Shown one piece after another: positions 12,081 to 23,184 of a stretch of 42,979 bases of DNA; within the stretch, counting starts at the first letter, position 1, and each line of letters begins with the position of its first letter. The notes under the pieces are model-generated. The model saw only the letters and a program-made list of their open reading frames with translations, made no database searches and was not told where the DNA came from. Position numbers and translations under genes: made by a program. The DNA comes from Octopus sinensis (taxonomy: Eukaryota). The DNA lies in NCBI RefSeq assembly GCF_006345805.1, contig NW_021835139.1:1-42979 (forward strand), read 5' to 3'.

Positions 12081-12430
12081 GTGCATGTGTGTCTAATGTG
12101 TGTGTTGTGTGTGTGTGTGTTGTGTGCGTGTATGTGTGTGTGTGCATGTGTGTCTAATGTGTGTGTTGTGTGTGTGTGTTGTGTGCGTGTATGTGTGTGT
12201 GTGCATGTGTGTCTAATGTGTGTGTTGTGTGTGTGTGTTGTGTGCGTGTATGTGTGTGTGTGCATGTGTGTCTAATGTGTGTGTTGTGTGTGTGTGTTGT
12301 GTGCGTGTATGTGTGTGTGTGCATGTGTGTCTAATGTGTGGTGTTTTGTGTGTGTGTGTTGTGTGCGTGTATGTGTGTTGTGCATGTGTGTCTAATGTGT
12401 GTGTTGGTGTGTGTGTGTTGTGTGCGTGTA
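12080..12430. repeat. ~59-bp TG-rich minisatellite, 6 copies
   Basis: gtctaatgtg at 12091, 12152, 12211, 12270, 12329 and 12390. Confidence 0.9.
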
Positions 12431-12561
12431 GTGTTTAAAATTATTTAAGGCAGTAACACAAGATCAATCTGTATATGCATGTATATATTTATGAATGAAA
12501 TTTGTGTGCGCGTTATATGTATACACACACACATATATAATATATATATATATATATAATA

Positions 12562-12596
<35 letters not shown>

Positions 12597-12805
12597 TATA
12601 ATATATATAGATACATATACATATATATTTATGCGTATCTATATAGACGTATATGTGTATATAATATGTACCTATATACGCATATATGTGCGTGTATAAA
12701 TATATATTATGTGTATATATAATATATCTATATATATATATATATATATATTATATACATATATATACATATATATATATATATATTATATATATCGATA
12801 TATAC

Positions 12806-12836
<31 letters not shown>

Positions 12837-13098
12837 ATATATATATAATATATAATATATACCTATACATACATATAAACATATATATATGCACACTCAC
12901 ACACACAAGCACTCATATACGCACCCACATACACACACATTTGTGGGCTCATTTAAATACACTATACAGTGAAGATTATCGCAAGAACCATCATGTTTCT
13001 AGGTACGTAAGATGTACCGTGGCTAAGAGTCAACCATGGGATTTTTTAACGCAACTAACTCTGCGTCTTTATCCTTTTAAACCCGCTAGTACACATTA

Positions 13099-13678
13099 AG
13101 GGGTGCAATTTTGTTTGAATAAAACTGAAAGACGCAAAAACGGGTGGCTCTATGGTTTTGTGTTTACAACTGAAAAGAACCAATTTCTTATTTCTTTATT
13201 GCCCACAAGGGGCTAAGCATAGAGAGGACAAACAAGGACAGACAAAGAGATTAAGTCGATTACATCGACCCCAGTGCGTAACTGGTACTTAATTTATCGA
13301 CCCTGAAGGGATGAAAGGCAAAGTCGACCTCGGTGGAATTTGAACTCAGAACGTAGCGGCAGACGAAATACCTATTTCTTTACTACCCACAAGGGGCTAA
13401 ACACAGAAGGGACAAACAAGGAGAGACAAACTGAATAAGTCGATTACATCGACCCCAGTGCGTAACTGGTACTTAATTTATCGACCCTGAATGGATGAAA
13501 GGCAAAGTCGACCTCGGTAGAATTTGAACTCAGAACGTAGCGGCAGACGAAATACCGCTTAGCATTTCGCCCGGCGTGCTAACGTTTCTGTCAGAACCAA
13601 TTTCTGCCAGTTGGCGAGCCACGAACACAAAAACAGAAGGCCGTCAGTTTTTTGCGTCTTCAAACGAAATCGCGCCAC
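13099..13678. mobile_element. Degenerate MITE-like foldback, TA-flanked, interrupted by a family D SINE
   Basis: Imperfect inverted ends aggggtgcaattttgtttga..aagacgcaaaaac / gttttttgcgtcttcaaacgaaatcgcgccac; TA at 13097-98 and 13679-80. Confidence 0.6.
13189..13592 (-). mobile_element. SINE family D, two-body concatemer with 13-bp TSD
   Basis: TSD agaaccaatttct at 13176-88 and 13593-605; B box gagttcaaattc; central gtcgactttgcctttcatcc...gtcgataaattaagtacc domain. Confidence 0.92.
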
Positions 13679-14000
13679 TAAAAAATTTTTTTGTCGAATT
13701 TGTTTATATGTTAATAAAATCTAATTTTGTGAGAGTTTTCAATTAGTCCAATGTAAAATTTCAGAACTTATATAGAAAAATATGTGAACAAAACTGATAT
13801 GCAAATATCTCACGATATGATAACGGGCAAACGTTGGATTATACCATAGAATATCTCTCAATCTAAGATTAGTGCGAATCATATAATGTATTTTACCAGC
13901 GAAACTATTATTACAAAATGTATTGTTATAATAGTGAGAACTGTTGTTAATTACAGCCTCTTCTTAGGAGGATGGTTCAAGTCATTATTTATATAAAATA

Positions 14001-14200
14001 CGAGCAAAACGCCCCACATCCAATGGACGGTGCTGGTGTACTTGAGCGTACAAATGCACGTTCCCATGGCTTTATCGATCGCATTCTCACCTGGAATCGA
14101 TTTTTGTAATTTTTTCAAGACTTATACACGCCCTGATACTGTCGGTATCTACATATCAATTTTGAGCGCAATCGGATAGAGGATGCCCGAGATCCTAGAA

Positions 14201-14239
<39 letters not shown>

Positions 14240-14257
14240 TGGATATTATATAATAGA
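14001..14257 (-). mobile_element. Non-autonomous Helitron-like element
   Basis: 5' TC at 14257, degenerate 3' CTCG at 14001, A|T target without TSD, subterminal (CA)n. Removing it restores the PLE frame (NDKNILYINNDLNHPP). Confidence 0.75.
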
Positions 14258-15333
14258 TTTTTATCATTTGATTCTTTAATAGGAGTAGAATGTATTCGTT
14301 CTTAAATAATATCCAAAGAAACTAAATCTGTTGACACTGATATCAATTACGATTTTTTAAACGTACTTCTATTAAGAATTATTTTTAATCTATCGACATC
14401 GTGACTATTCTTGTAATGCTAGTCTATGAGACTATCATCTCTATATAAGCCTCTCGCAAGGTAGATAATCTTTTATGAAGGAAGTCTTTAATATACATAT
14501 GCCAATAATTTTACATAGTTCAACCTCACTGTAGGATACCATATAGACACCAAGCAAATTGTCTTCATTGTTTTAAAGGATTTGGTTTTAGAAGGAGAGA
14601 ATTCTATTACAACTGACATAAATTTACTAAGTTATTTATCATTACTAACACTGTCATTGAATAACGGGAGCGTTGTTATTAAATAATAAAAATAGGAAAT
14701 TTATTTTTGAAACAAGAATATAGGAAGGCATTGCTCATACATAATTTACTTTTAGCAGGGTTGAATAACCTGCATTTAGAGTTAATATTATTATATCCGA
14801 GATCTATAAGAGTAATCTTTGATTTGCGGAAGGCTAAATATTTAATTCTGTTATCTACTTCAAGGCTAGCAGCAATGTCTTAAGCTTCAACGATAATAGG
14901 ATGGTGTGTTAATGACACATGCAGTTTCTTTGAATTTCGCTGAGTTATTGGACACTTGATTAAAAAAAATTTGGAAGCTGTTATGAATTTTCCAATAATT
15001 TGCTCTTGTTACTATGTTTAAAATATGTTTCAAATGGTTCCAATGTGGGAAAGCCTTTCTTTCAGGTTCCAAACCTGAACTAGTTCCAAATGTACGTTTA
15101 TCAAAATTATATATTTGCCAGCTCATTCCTCTGTGGTCAGCTCTCAGTTATTTTGATAGTATTCTTTTTATAATAAATCTCTGAGCGAGGTATAAACAGT
15201 AGCTGTACGACATCGTGAAGTATATTAACCACTTAAATGTGGCTAACCCTTAAGGGTGGATGCTACTGTAGCTTATTTAAGTGGCAATATATACTTCACA
15301 GTATTCTTGTTGCTTTTTTGTTTTAATTGAATA

Positions 15334-15726
15334 CTAGCAGTATCGCCCGGCGTTGCTCGGGTTTGTTTCGACCCTTTAGAATTGGAATTTTTGAAAAGTA
15401 AAAGTTTTGCATTATGTAGTTTGTTATTCTCTTTAAGTGAACATTTTTCTGGTTGAAATACACCAAAAAGGGGCTACACAGCAGTCAAAAAATCGTAAAA
15501 AATAAGGGATTTTCATAAAAAAAAAGCACCTTTTTGATGTAAAAAAGTTTTGGTGTTAACATGGTCCGATTTGAATTTTTTCTTCTACGGAATGAAGAGC
15601 AAGCCTTCTTCTATCATACTCTCAAATTTGGTCAGCTTGCACTGCAGGGTCTCGGAGGAGATAGTGTTAATTGAAGGCTACCAAACCTGCCATACACAGA
15701 CAACTTCAGCTTTATATATAGAGAGA
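15334..15726 (-). mobile_element. Non-autonomous Helitron
   Basis: 5' TC (15726-25), 3' CTAG (15337-34) with GC hairpin cccgagcaacgccggg 8 nt upstream, inserted between A and T. Confidence 0.88.
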
Positions 15727-15734
15727 TTAATCCT

Positions 15735-16175
15735 TCACAATATTATTTCTATCAATGTTTTGGTATTGTTGCCAAGCTGTTTATCATTCTGCGGTTTGGG
15801 AGCCCTAATAAGCTGTCTCTGGGATATTAATGCGGTGGGGCCTTTTCGAGTGTTGTGTCTAGGTCCTTGAGTGGATCCCTGTATATTTTCGGAAACACTT
15901 TGCAATTTGTTATTTCCAGATTCTTTGTAGTCGCCCATGTACTATAATATATGGGTTAGTTATTCGGTTACTGCACTTGTTGGATTGAATTTCTCATCCC
16001 TCGATAATCCACTTATAATCCATATTTCTCAGCATAGGTTTTTCGGTTTCTTCTGCTAGTGAAACAGCATTGATCTCGTTCTTTTGTCCAGAAATGAGAG
16101 GTTGTTTATGTTGACGAAAGCATTTATTCTTTTAACAGTCTTGCTGTTATTGCTTTTACCAACCACGGAACGTTA
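15735..16175 (-). mobile_element. Decayed non-LTR retrotransposon fragment, Dong/R4-like region upstream of RT
   Basis: Fragments AEETENLC*EIW, CFRKYTGIHSR and INIPE resemble AEET..FW..IW, WFKKFTSIHDR and VPEW; abuts CAT/TAT tracts. Confidence 0.5.
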
Positions 16176-16184
16176 TTCATCATC

Positions 16185-16264
<80 letters not shown>

Positions 16265-16515
16265 TACTATTGTTATTATTATGGAAGCGTGTTGGTATGA
16301 CCATTAGCACGCCGGGGAAAATGCTTAGCGGCATTTCGTCCATCATTAAGATCTGAGTACAAATGCCGCCGATAAATTAAGCACCAATGAAACACTGGGG
16401 TCGATGTAATCGACTAGTCCGCTCCCACCGAATGTCAGACCTTGTGCCTATAGTAGAAAGGATTATTATTCTTATTCTTATTCTTTTATTATTATTACTA
16501 TTATTATTATTATTA

Positions 16516-16555
<40 letters not shown>

Positions 16556-16579
16556 TACTACTACTACTACTACAACTAC

Positions 16580-16659
<80 letters not shown>

Positions 16660-16691
16660 TCATCATTATTTTTATATTATTATTATTATTA

Positions 16692-16740
<49 letters not shown>
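16185..16740. repeat. (CAT)n/(TAT)n/(TAC)n/(GTA)n tracts flanking a D SINE
   Basis: Directly visible at 16185-16280 and 16465-16740. Confidence 0.95.
16283..16462 (+). mobile_element. SINE family D, internally deleted, beta tail
   Basis: ttagcacgccggggaaaatgcttagcggcatttcgtc...ctggggtcgatgtaatcgac...ccttgtgcc. Confidence 0.8.
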
Positions 16741-16999
16741 TATTGGCGTTGTTATTTGGTGTGACGGACTTGTGTAACACCGCACCGTGGAAATTTGAGA
16801 TTTTATCACAATTTACTATATGAAAGAGCTTGCTGCTGCTGCTGCTGCTGTTGTGTTGTTGTTGTTGTTGTTGTTTTGTCAACAAAAAGTTTTGAAATAT
16901 TTCAGTGTCCATCGTATTACTTAGGTTAAAAAAATATTAATTTTAAAAAAATATTTTTTTAAAATATTAATATTACTATAACTTGTCTTAGATGCTAAT

Positions 17000-17510
17000 T
17001 TAATTTTGGGAACATTGTTTCCTCGCAATCAAATATGATATTTCGCCGTGGTAGCGGCAAGAGGTGCTAACCATAAACATGATAGCAACGGATATAACTT
17101 TCAAAGAAATTGTTGGAAACAAAAACACATATTTAAAGAATAAACGATAAACAACAATAATGACAACTGTACAAGCAGACATGTTTGTAATAAATTCAAA
17201 TGAAATATGTACCAGTCGCTTTAATAACTTTAATTTTAAAAACACCAACATTGCTAGATTTACGGACCAGTCAGAAACACTAAATTATAACTCAACTTTG
17301 GGGTAAAAAGAAGAATGTAGGAGACATATGTTACAAAAGCCAGTGCCTCCAATCCCGATGAATTCACCAAGAAATACTACATATTTTGGTTTTTCCAAAA
17401 CCGTAGGCACATTCACATGACTTGAAGAAACAGTTATAAATTCAAGCAAGTATGTGCACGATATCTGCTCCATCGGCAGGATTGAACCATATAGAAGAAT
17501 GTGCTTAGTT
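17000..17510 (-). pseudogene. Possible decayed rhodopsin-family GPCR fragment (TM1-TM4)
   Basis: About 170 codons in one frame broken by a single TAA. Hydrophobic segments in GPCR-like order: FIGIGGTGFCNICLL, L*FSVSDWSVNLAMLVF, NMSACTVVIIVVYRLFF, KVISVAIMFMVS. Confidence 0.33.
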
Positions 17511-17529
17511 TTTGAGATTAAAGATAAGG

Positions 17530-17815
17530 TGAGATGTCGTATAATTTTTCGCTTCTGTAATTATACTCTGCCATGAATGTCCCCCTTAGTTCCTTTTGTG
17601 TTGATCTACTCCACGAGTTCTTAGACCTACCTTTCTTTCTATATCCATCCGGATTCCAATGTAAAGCACTTTTCGCTACATTTGGTGTGTCTTTTCTAAT
17701 TGTGCTACCAATCCACTTCCACTTTTTATTAGATATTTGCTCCCTAATCGAAACTTGATTTGTTCTTTGCCATAGCTCCATATTGCTTATGTGTTCAGGC
17801 CATCTAATTTTAAGG
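17530..17815 (-). mobile_element. RTE-clade LINE, C-terminal ORF fragment
   Basis: LKIRWPEHISNMELWQRT...WKWIGSTIRK...ALHWNPDGYRKKGRSKNSW matches the typical RTE C-terminus (WP..ISN.ELW, WIGH.LRK, WNP.G.R.RGRP). Confidence 0.88.
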
Positions 17816-18967
17816 AAAGAAACGAGGATAAAGAGGTGCAGAAGACTGTCGGAATTAGCAAAAACAAAGAATTGTGTAGAAATGAATAAAAATGAGACCA
17901 GACCGAAGGTAATCAAAGCGCATGGGGAGAAGCTTCCAGTTCCTTGGAACCGATGTGATTCATGTTTCATCGAGTTTTTATCGAATATCTTGCTGTACTA
18001 TTTAGAAACGGAAAGGAAACGTGATGAATGAGAAGGAGACAGCGTTAATCTGTAATCTGGATTAATACCACCCGCCACTTTTGGTATCCTAAGAGGAATA
18101 CATTTTATAGCAAGCTTCCTTTCCAGGTCCCCGATTTGAGGATACCTCCCAGTAGTCTCAGGAATTATGTAAAGAACCACCAGCTCTTTCTACCTTCATA
18201 ATTCAAAGGTTAAAACAAAGATATCTTCTGACTACGTGGGTTGTTGCTAAAAAAAAGGACCAACATTATCAGACAATCAATAGTTGAAATCGAATCATCG
18301 ACAATAACGTAAAAGAATCCTCGTCTAGTCAAAATCCAAAGATTTTCATAGGCAGGAGCAGAAGTTGAGGATCATGTGCCTTGCTCTTACCTATATGGAG
18401 ATTTCCTGACCATATGTGGATATGCTACCCTCAGTTGTTCCCATTTGTTTTCATCTATTTATGTTAATATGTGTGGGGGAGAAGGTGTTTAATTTATGTA
18501 TTCGTGTAATTTTTAATGCTTTCATATACTGTATTAAGCTCACCTCTCTTATATGTATGCAAATACACACACACACACACCACACACATTAATATCAATT
18601 AATGAATGACAAAATAATAGAAATTAAGTATTTATATATCTATAAAAAATAAAATATATATACATATTATATATTTATAAATTTAGATTATATATATATT
18701 TCTTTTATATAAACACATACACAAGTATATACATATTGTATACTTATAAATTTATATTATATATATATATTTCTTTTATATAAACACATACACAAGTACA
18801 CACACACACACACACACACACGCACATACAAGCAAATATACGCAAAAACACTCGTATATACATATAAATATATACTTACTGATATCAGTTAATGAATGGC
18901 AAAATAACAGAAATTAAATATTTATATATCTATAAAATAATATATGTGTATATATATATATATATAT

Positions 18968-19068
18968 CCTCCTTTCTTTCCTTTCCTGAGCGTCCAATAA
19001 CACTATAAGTGTTCCACGTCCTCACGTTGTTGTGTTTTCTCTTTGTGTTTTCATGTTTGGATTAACTA
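18968..19068 (+). repeat. Family F short element, 3' part only
   Basis: ctgagcgtccaataa...gttccacgtcctc(a/g)cgttgttgtgtttt...tggattaact matches 34350-34436; bounded by (TA)n on both sides. Confidence 0.8.
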
Positions 19069-19099
19069 TATATATATATATATATAAACACATATATAA

Positions 19100-19140
<41 letters not shown>

Positions 19141-19155
19141 AACACATATATATAA

Positions 19156-19219
<64 letters not shown>

Positions 19220-19914
19220 CACAAACACAAGTACAAAGCGTATAACACGCTTTGTTTGAACGTACTTGCTCTTGTGGCAAATATATGAATCATCATTATG
19301 ATCATCATCATTATGATCATCATCATTAACGCTATCATTATCATCATCAACATCAACAGCAACACCATCACCATCATCATCATGTTAGCGTCAATTTCGT
19401 TTTCCCTTGATTATCTTTCCTTGTGTATTATTATTGCATTGTTAACATATGCATTGCTTGTTTTTCAAGGATTGTAAATTGCGTCTCATTTCTTTAAAAA
19501 TTGATGTATCAGTAGATTGCTGCCGGCTGTACTATTCTAATTGAAACCTATTGAAGACGGCTCAGCAGGGATTTTGTCGAAAGAAATCTATCAGTTGTTA
19601 TCTTTAGAAATCTTCAACAGGTAACATCATCAAGTTTCTGAGTTTTCGTTTATTTATTTATTCCTTGCTTAACTGATTAAGATATTTGGAAACTGGTTGA
19701 TAATATCCTCCAGAACATTTTTCGATTCCATGACAGATTCCAAAACTTTGATACTTTGTCTTCTAAAATTCCACCAGCCCCTCCTATTTTCCGTTATCTA
19801 TGGCTGTCTAGGTTCCTCTTCTGTACTCTGTATTCACAGCCTCAAGATGTTCCCTGAAATTTAGAGCTTAAGAATCTGCTTTCATTTGTTGATAATTGTA
19901 ATATTTATTTACTT

Positions 19915-20135
19915 GTCTCAGACAATGGACTTCGGCCATGCTGGGGCACCGACATGAAGAGTTTAGTCTAACAAATAAACCTCAGTAGTTATGCTCTTTC
20001 TGGGTTTTTTTTAAAGTCTGGTGCTTATTCTATCCATCTCCTTTGCCGAACTTCTATGCTACATGAGCGTAAATAACCCAACACTGGTTGTTAAGCAGCA
20101 TTGGCGGTGGGTGGAAAACACAGACACACAAAAAA
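19915..20135 (-). mobile_element. SINE family E, degenerate 3' half
   Basis: cggccatgctggggcacc...ctttgccgaa...ctggttgttaagc...aaacacagacacac. Confidence 0.7.
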
Positions 20136-20522
20136 CATACATTTAAATATATTCCACTGTCAGGAACTCCATATTTCACAACATAGTGAAGAGATGACAC
20201 AATATAGGTAAAGAAATTTGAGAAATTTGAAAAGGAAATACGAAACCGGTTATTTCTCCAAAAACAATGTTTCTATACACGAAATACTATAACATTTTTC
20301 TAACATAACGATTTAAATATATTCTTTAACCATATAACACAATCCTTCTGTAGTTCTTTCACTCTATTTTGTCTTTTATACATCCAACCACGTGCTTTCA
20401 CATACCACCTCTTTCACACATACCTATATATATTAATATATATATATATATATTAAATATAATAGTATATGGAATATACAGGGAGAGAAAACCACTATGT
20501 GGATTTCTTACATGCTAAAAAT

Positions 20523-21113
20523 GGCGGTCAAAGCCCAAAACCACGAAAAAATATTTTACATTAAAACACGTTGCCTGTACGCGAGCAAGGCATTTGAGTG
20601 AATGAAAATGTCCGTTAACTTTATACCCATGAGTTTCACCATTGATGATCAAATAAATCAACTAAGTTAATTGATTAATTAGTCATCCGTAGCTCGTCAG
20701 TAAAATGTATAAGTACAATACAATAATTTTTACCCTTGTATTTATAAAGTTAAATATTTAAATTCTTTGGTCGGATAGTATACGTGTGAATTTATTCACT
20801 GCTTTACTACTCTGGCTTTGCACGTTGTTTGAAGTCATTCGATTTGAATTCTTGATGTACAAAAATGGAACTGAGTGCGCATGTGTTTTCTTTGCTTTTT
20901 GTCGGTACGTATTGTAGTCCCATATTTATACATTTTACAGCAGCCTTACTGACGAGCTACGGAAGACTAATTAATCAATTAATTAACTTACTAGCTGATT
21001 TATTTGGTCATTAAGGGTGAAACTCATGGGTATCAGGTTAACTGAAATTTTTATTCATTCAAATGTCTTGCTCGTGTAAGAAAGTTTTTTCGTGGATTGG
21101 GGCCTTGACTGCC
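20523..21113. mobile_element. MITE-like foldback with long imperfect terminal inverted repeats (~190 bp)
   Basis: tacccatgagtttcacc, ttaattgattaattagtc(a/t)tccgtagctcgtcagtaa, gagcaag(g/a)catttga and ccacgaaaaaa are mirrored on both arms; exact termini uncertain. Confidence 0.8.
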
Positions 21114-21144
21114 AGCTCCCCGCCTCAATGATTATAATAATTAT

Positions 21145-21335
21145 TATTTCTACTCTAGGCACAAGGTCTTGGAAATTTACATCGACCCCAGTGCGCAACT
21201 CGTACTTATTTCATCGACCCCGAAAGGATAAAAGGCAAAGTCGACCTCGGAGGAATTTGAACTCACAACGTAATGGCAGACGAAATACGGCTACGCATTT
21301 CGCCCGGCGTGCTAACGTTTCTGCCAGCTCGCCGT
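21145..21335 (-). mobile_element. SINE family D, monomer with beta tail
   Basis: Full head ctgccagctcgcc and central domain. Confidence 0.9.
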
Positions 21336-21374
21336 CCCAATGATAATAATGATAGTAATATTTTCTATTATAGG

Positions 21375-21716
21375 TACAATAATTTGGGAAGAGGAGACTA
21401 GTCTATTTAATCGACCGCAGTGTTTTACTTGCACTTAATTTATCGACCCCGAAAGGATAAAAGACAAAGTCGATCTCGGCAGAATTTGAACTCAGAACGT
21501 AGCGACAGACGAAATACCTATTTCTTTACTACCCACAAGGGGCTAAACACAGAGGGGACAAACAAGGACAGACAAACGTATCAAGTCGATTATATTGACC
21601 CCAGTGCATAACTGGTACTTATTCTATCGACCCCGAAAGGATGAAAGGCAAAGTCGACCTCGGCGGAATTTGAACTCAGAACGTCCACCATGCTAACGAT
21701 TCTGCCAGCTCGCCAC
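21375..21716 (-). mobile_element. SINE family D, two-body concatemer
   Basis: Junction gacgaaatacctatttctttactacccac at about 21508-21535. Confidence 0.88.
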
Positions 21717-21767
21717 CTTGACTTTAGTGTAATAATGAGTGCAGTTTAGAGGGCAGCAAAGTATAAA

Positions 21768-21873
21768 CAGCTTTAAGCATGTCAGATATTGTTCAGCTTT
21801 AAGCATGTCAGATATTGTTCAGCTTTAAGCATGTCAGATATTGTTCAGCTTTAAGCGTGTCAGATACTGTTCA
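21768..21873. repeat. 26-bp tandem repeat x4
   Basis: cagctttaagcatgtcagatattgtt at 21768, 21794, 21820 and 21846. Confidence 0.95.
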
Positions 21874-22036
21874 ATCAACACCTGCCGCAATTTCACTATT
21901 TTTTTACGTATTTTTAAATGATCAACAGCAATTTTCTCCGTAGAAAATGCGCTATTTCGACGAACTATTTTATATTTTGACAAATTATAGTGGAATGTAT
22001 TTCGTGTAGCAAAGGACAAATCATTACTTTTATATA

Positions 22037-22520
22037 CAGTAATGCTTCTAAATGCCAGTTAATCTGTTCCCGGAGATGGTTCGTAAAGCGAAAACTCGTA
22101 ATGTAGAGTAATAATTTCCCATAGTAGCAATGTTATAAACCGTGGTTCGTCTTCGGGAAAAATATTATACCTATAAAATTTATAACACTATGATAAGAAA
22201 TATTATTATTATAGTTTTCTGAATCACTTTCACTCGCACTAGACTCGCGCATACTATCACTTGTAGACGCGGTCGCCGATTTACAAGCACTCGTGGTCGG
22301 ACTTGGAGATTTCTTTTTAAAAAACAAATCTAGAGTTGTTTGCTTAGAAGAAGCTTTTTTTTTTTTAGCTCTCTGTAAATTTCTCGGTAACATGCAGAAG
22401 CATTTGTTATGGTAGCAGAAACTTTTGCCCTTCGTTCAAAATTTGGATCTTGTGCTTGAAAAATAAAACTCATAAACCCTGCGTCTCGTAAAGCGTTCCT
22501 TGTAAAGTGAGGTAGTACTG
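22037..22520 (-). mobile_element. Internally deleted Tigger/pogo-type DNA transposon
   Basis: TA-flanked ends cagtaatgcttc / gaggtagtactg; frameshifted C-terminal transposase remnant QDPNFERRAKV...ACYREIY...KQTTLDLFFKK (cf. Tigger DxNFERS..V...CYREI...Q..L..FFK). Confidence 0.8.
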
Positions 22521-23184
22521 TATTTTAAAACCACATATTATAGTGCACAGATGTTAATCGCTATTCTAACAACGAGAAATCACTTGAAAATGAAGGAATA
22601 AAGCCTGTGAATCTCAGACATATCCAGTTGCTATAAGTGAATGGTGATTCGATTTACACGTTCAAAATTAAAAATCGAACACCCGGTTATTTACCATTTC
22701 GAACAGGCATCAGATATCCAGTTATTTTCCATTTCGAATAGGCATTCACAAAGTTATGTTTCCTCACTTCTATTATTCACTGTTGCCGTCCTGCAATAAT
22801 GAAAAAAGTATTCAACTTTTAATGGGTATTCTGTTTGATGTCAAAATAGATATAAGCCCTTTCATGTTTGCCGATGGAGCCATTGATAGGGTAAGTTTTG
22901 CTGATTTAAACAACGAAGCCAATGACCTTATAAATAAATAGTAATAAAAATGAATGCAAATTATAAATGAATTTGCCGTGTGGAAAAGCAAAATTATCAA
23001 TGTTTCTGTCATATGCCCTTTTTCAAGACTGAGAAGAGAAAAAAACAGAAAAGAATAAAAAGAGAAAAAACATCCGTGTACGGGATCGTAGTAATAACGG
23101 ATGAAGGAAAAGAATAAGTGGGTTTGTAGTTTTTGTGTAGGTAAAAACTGAGACAAATGATGGGCAGAAATATCTAGCCGGTGA

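Larger units (their letters stand above)
12950..15230 (-). mobile_element. Decayed Penelope-like retroelement (RT plus start of the GIY-YIG region), probably Naiad-type, with nested insertions
   Basis: Colinear motifs in hand translation across frameshifts: MSWQ (from 15126; cf. RMRWKA), KCRLFNPAKS (14748-77), IEFSPS (cf. DIVDFYPS), MVSYSEVELC (14513-42; cf. MGSYDGAEVC), GLYRDDS (14431-51), LYINNDLNHPP (NHPP 13966-77), ILWYNP (13835-46), DGSC..IVY (12957-92). Confidence 0.85.

Noticed and set aside
500-12800. Many YI/CV/HT/YLSI and homopolymer ORFs here and elsewhere in the window
   Set aside because: Translations of di-, tri- and tetranucleotide repeats that lack stop codons.
19690-19870. 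Possible LINE C-terminal remnant on the minus strand
   Set aside because: Only vague similarity (GK*EG, WR); insufficient to call.
21768-21873. 26-bp repeats as a CRISPR-like array; likewise the 25-bp-period duplicate at 134-180 and the 74-bp array
   Set aside because: Directly tandem with no unique spacers; eukaryotic context; no cas genes.
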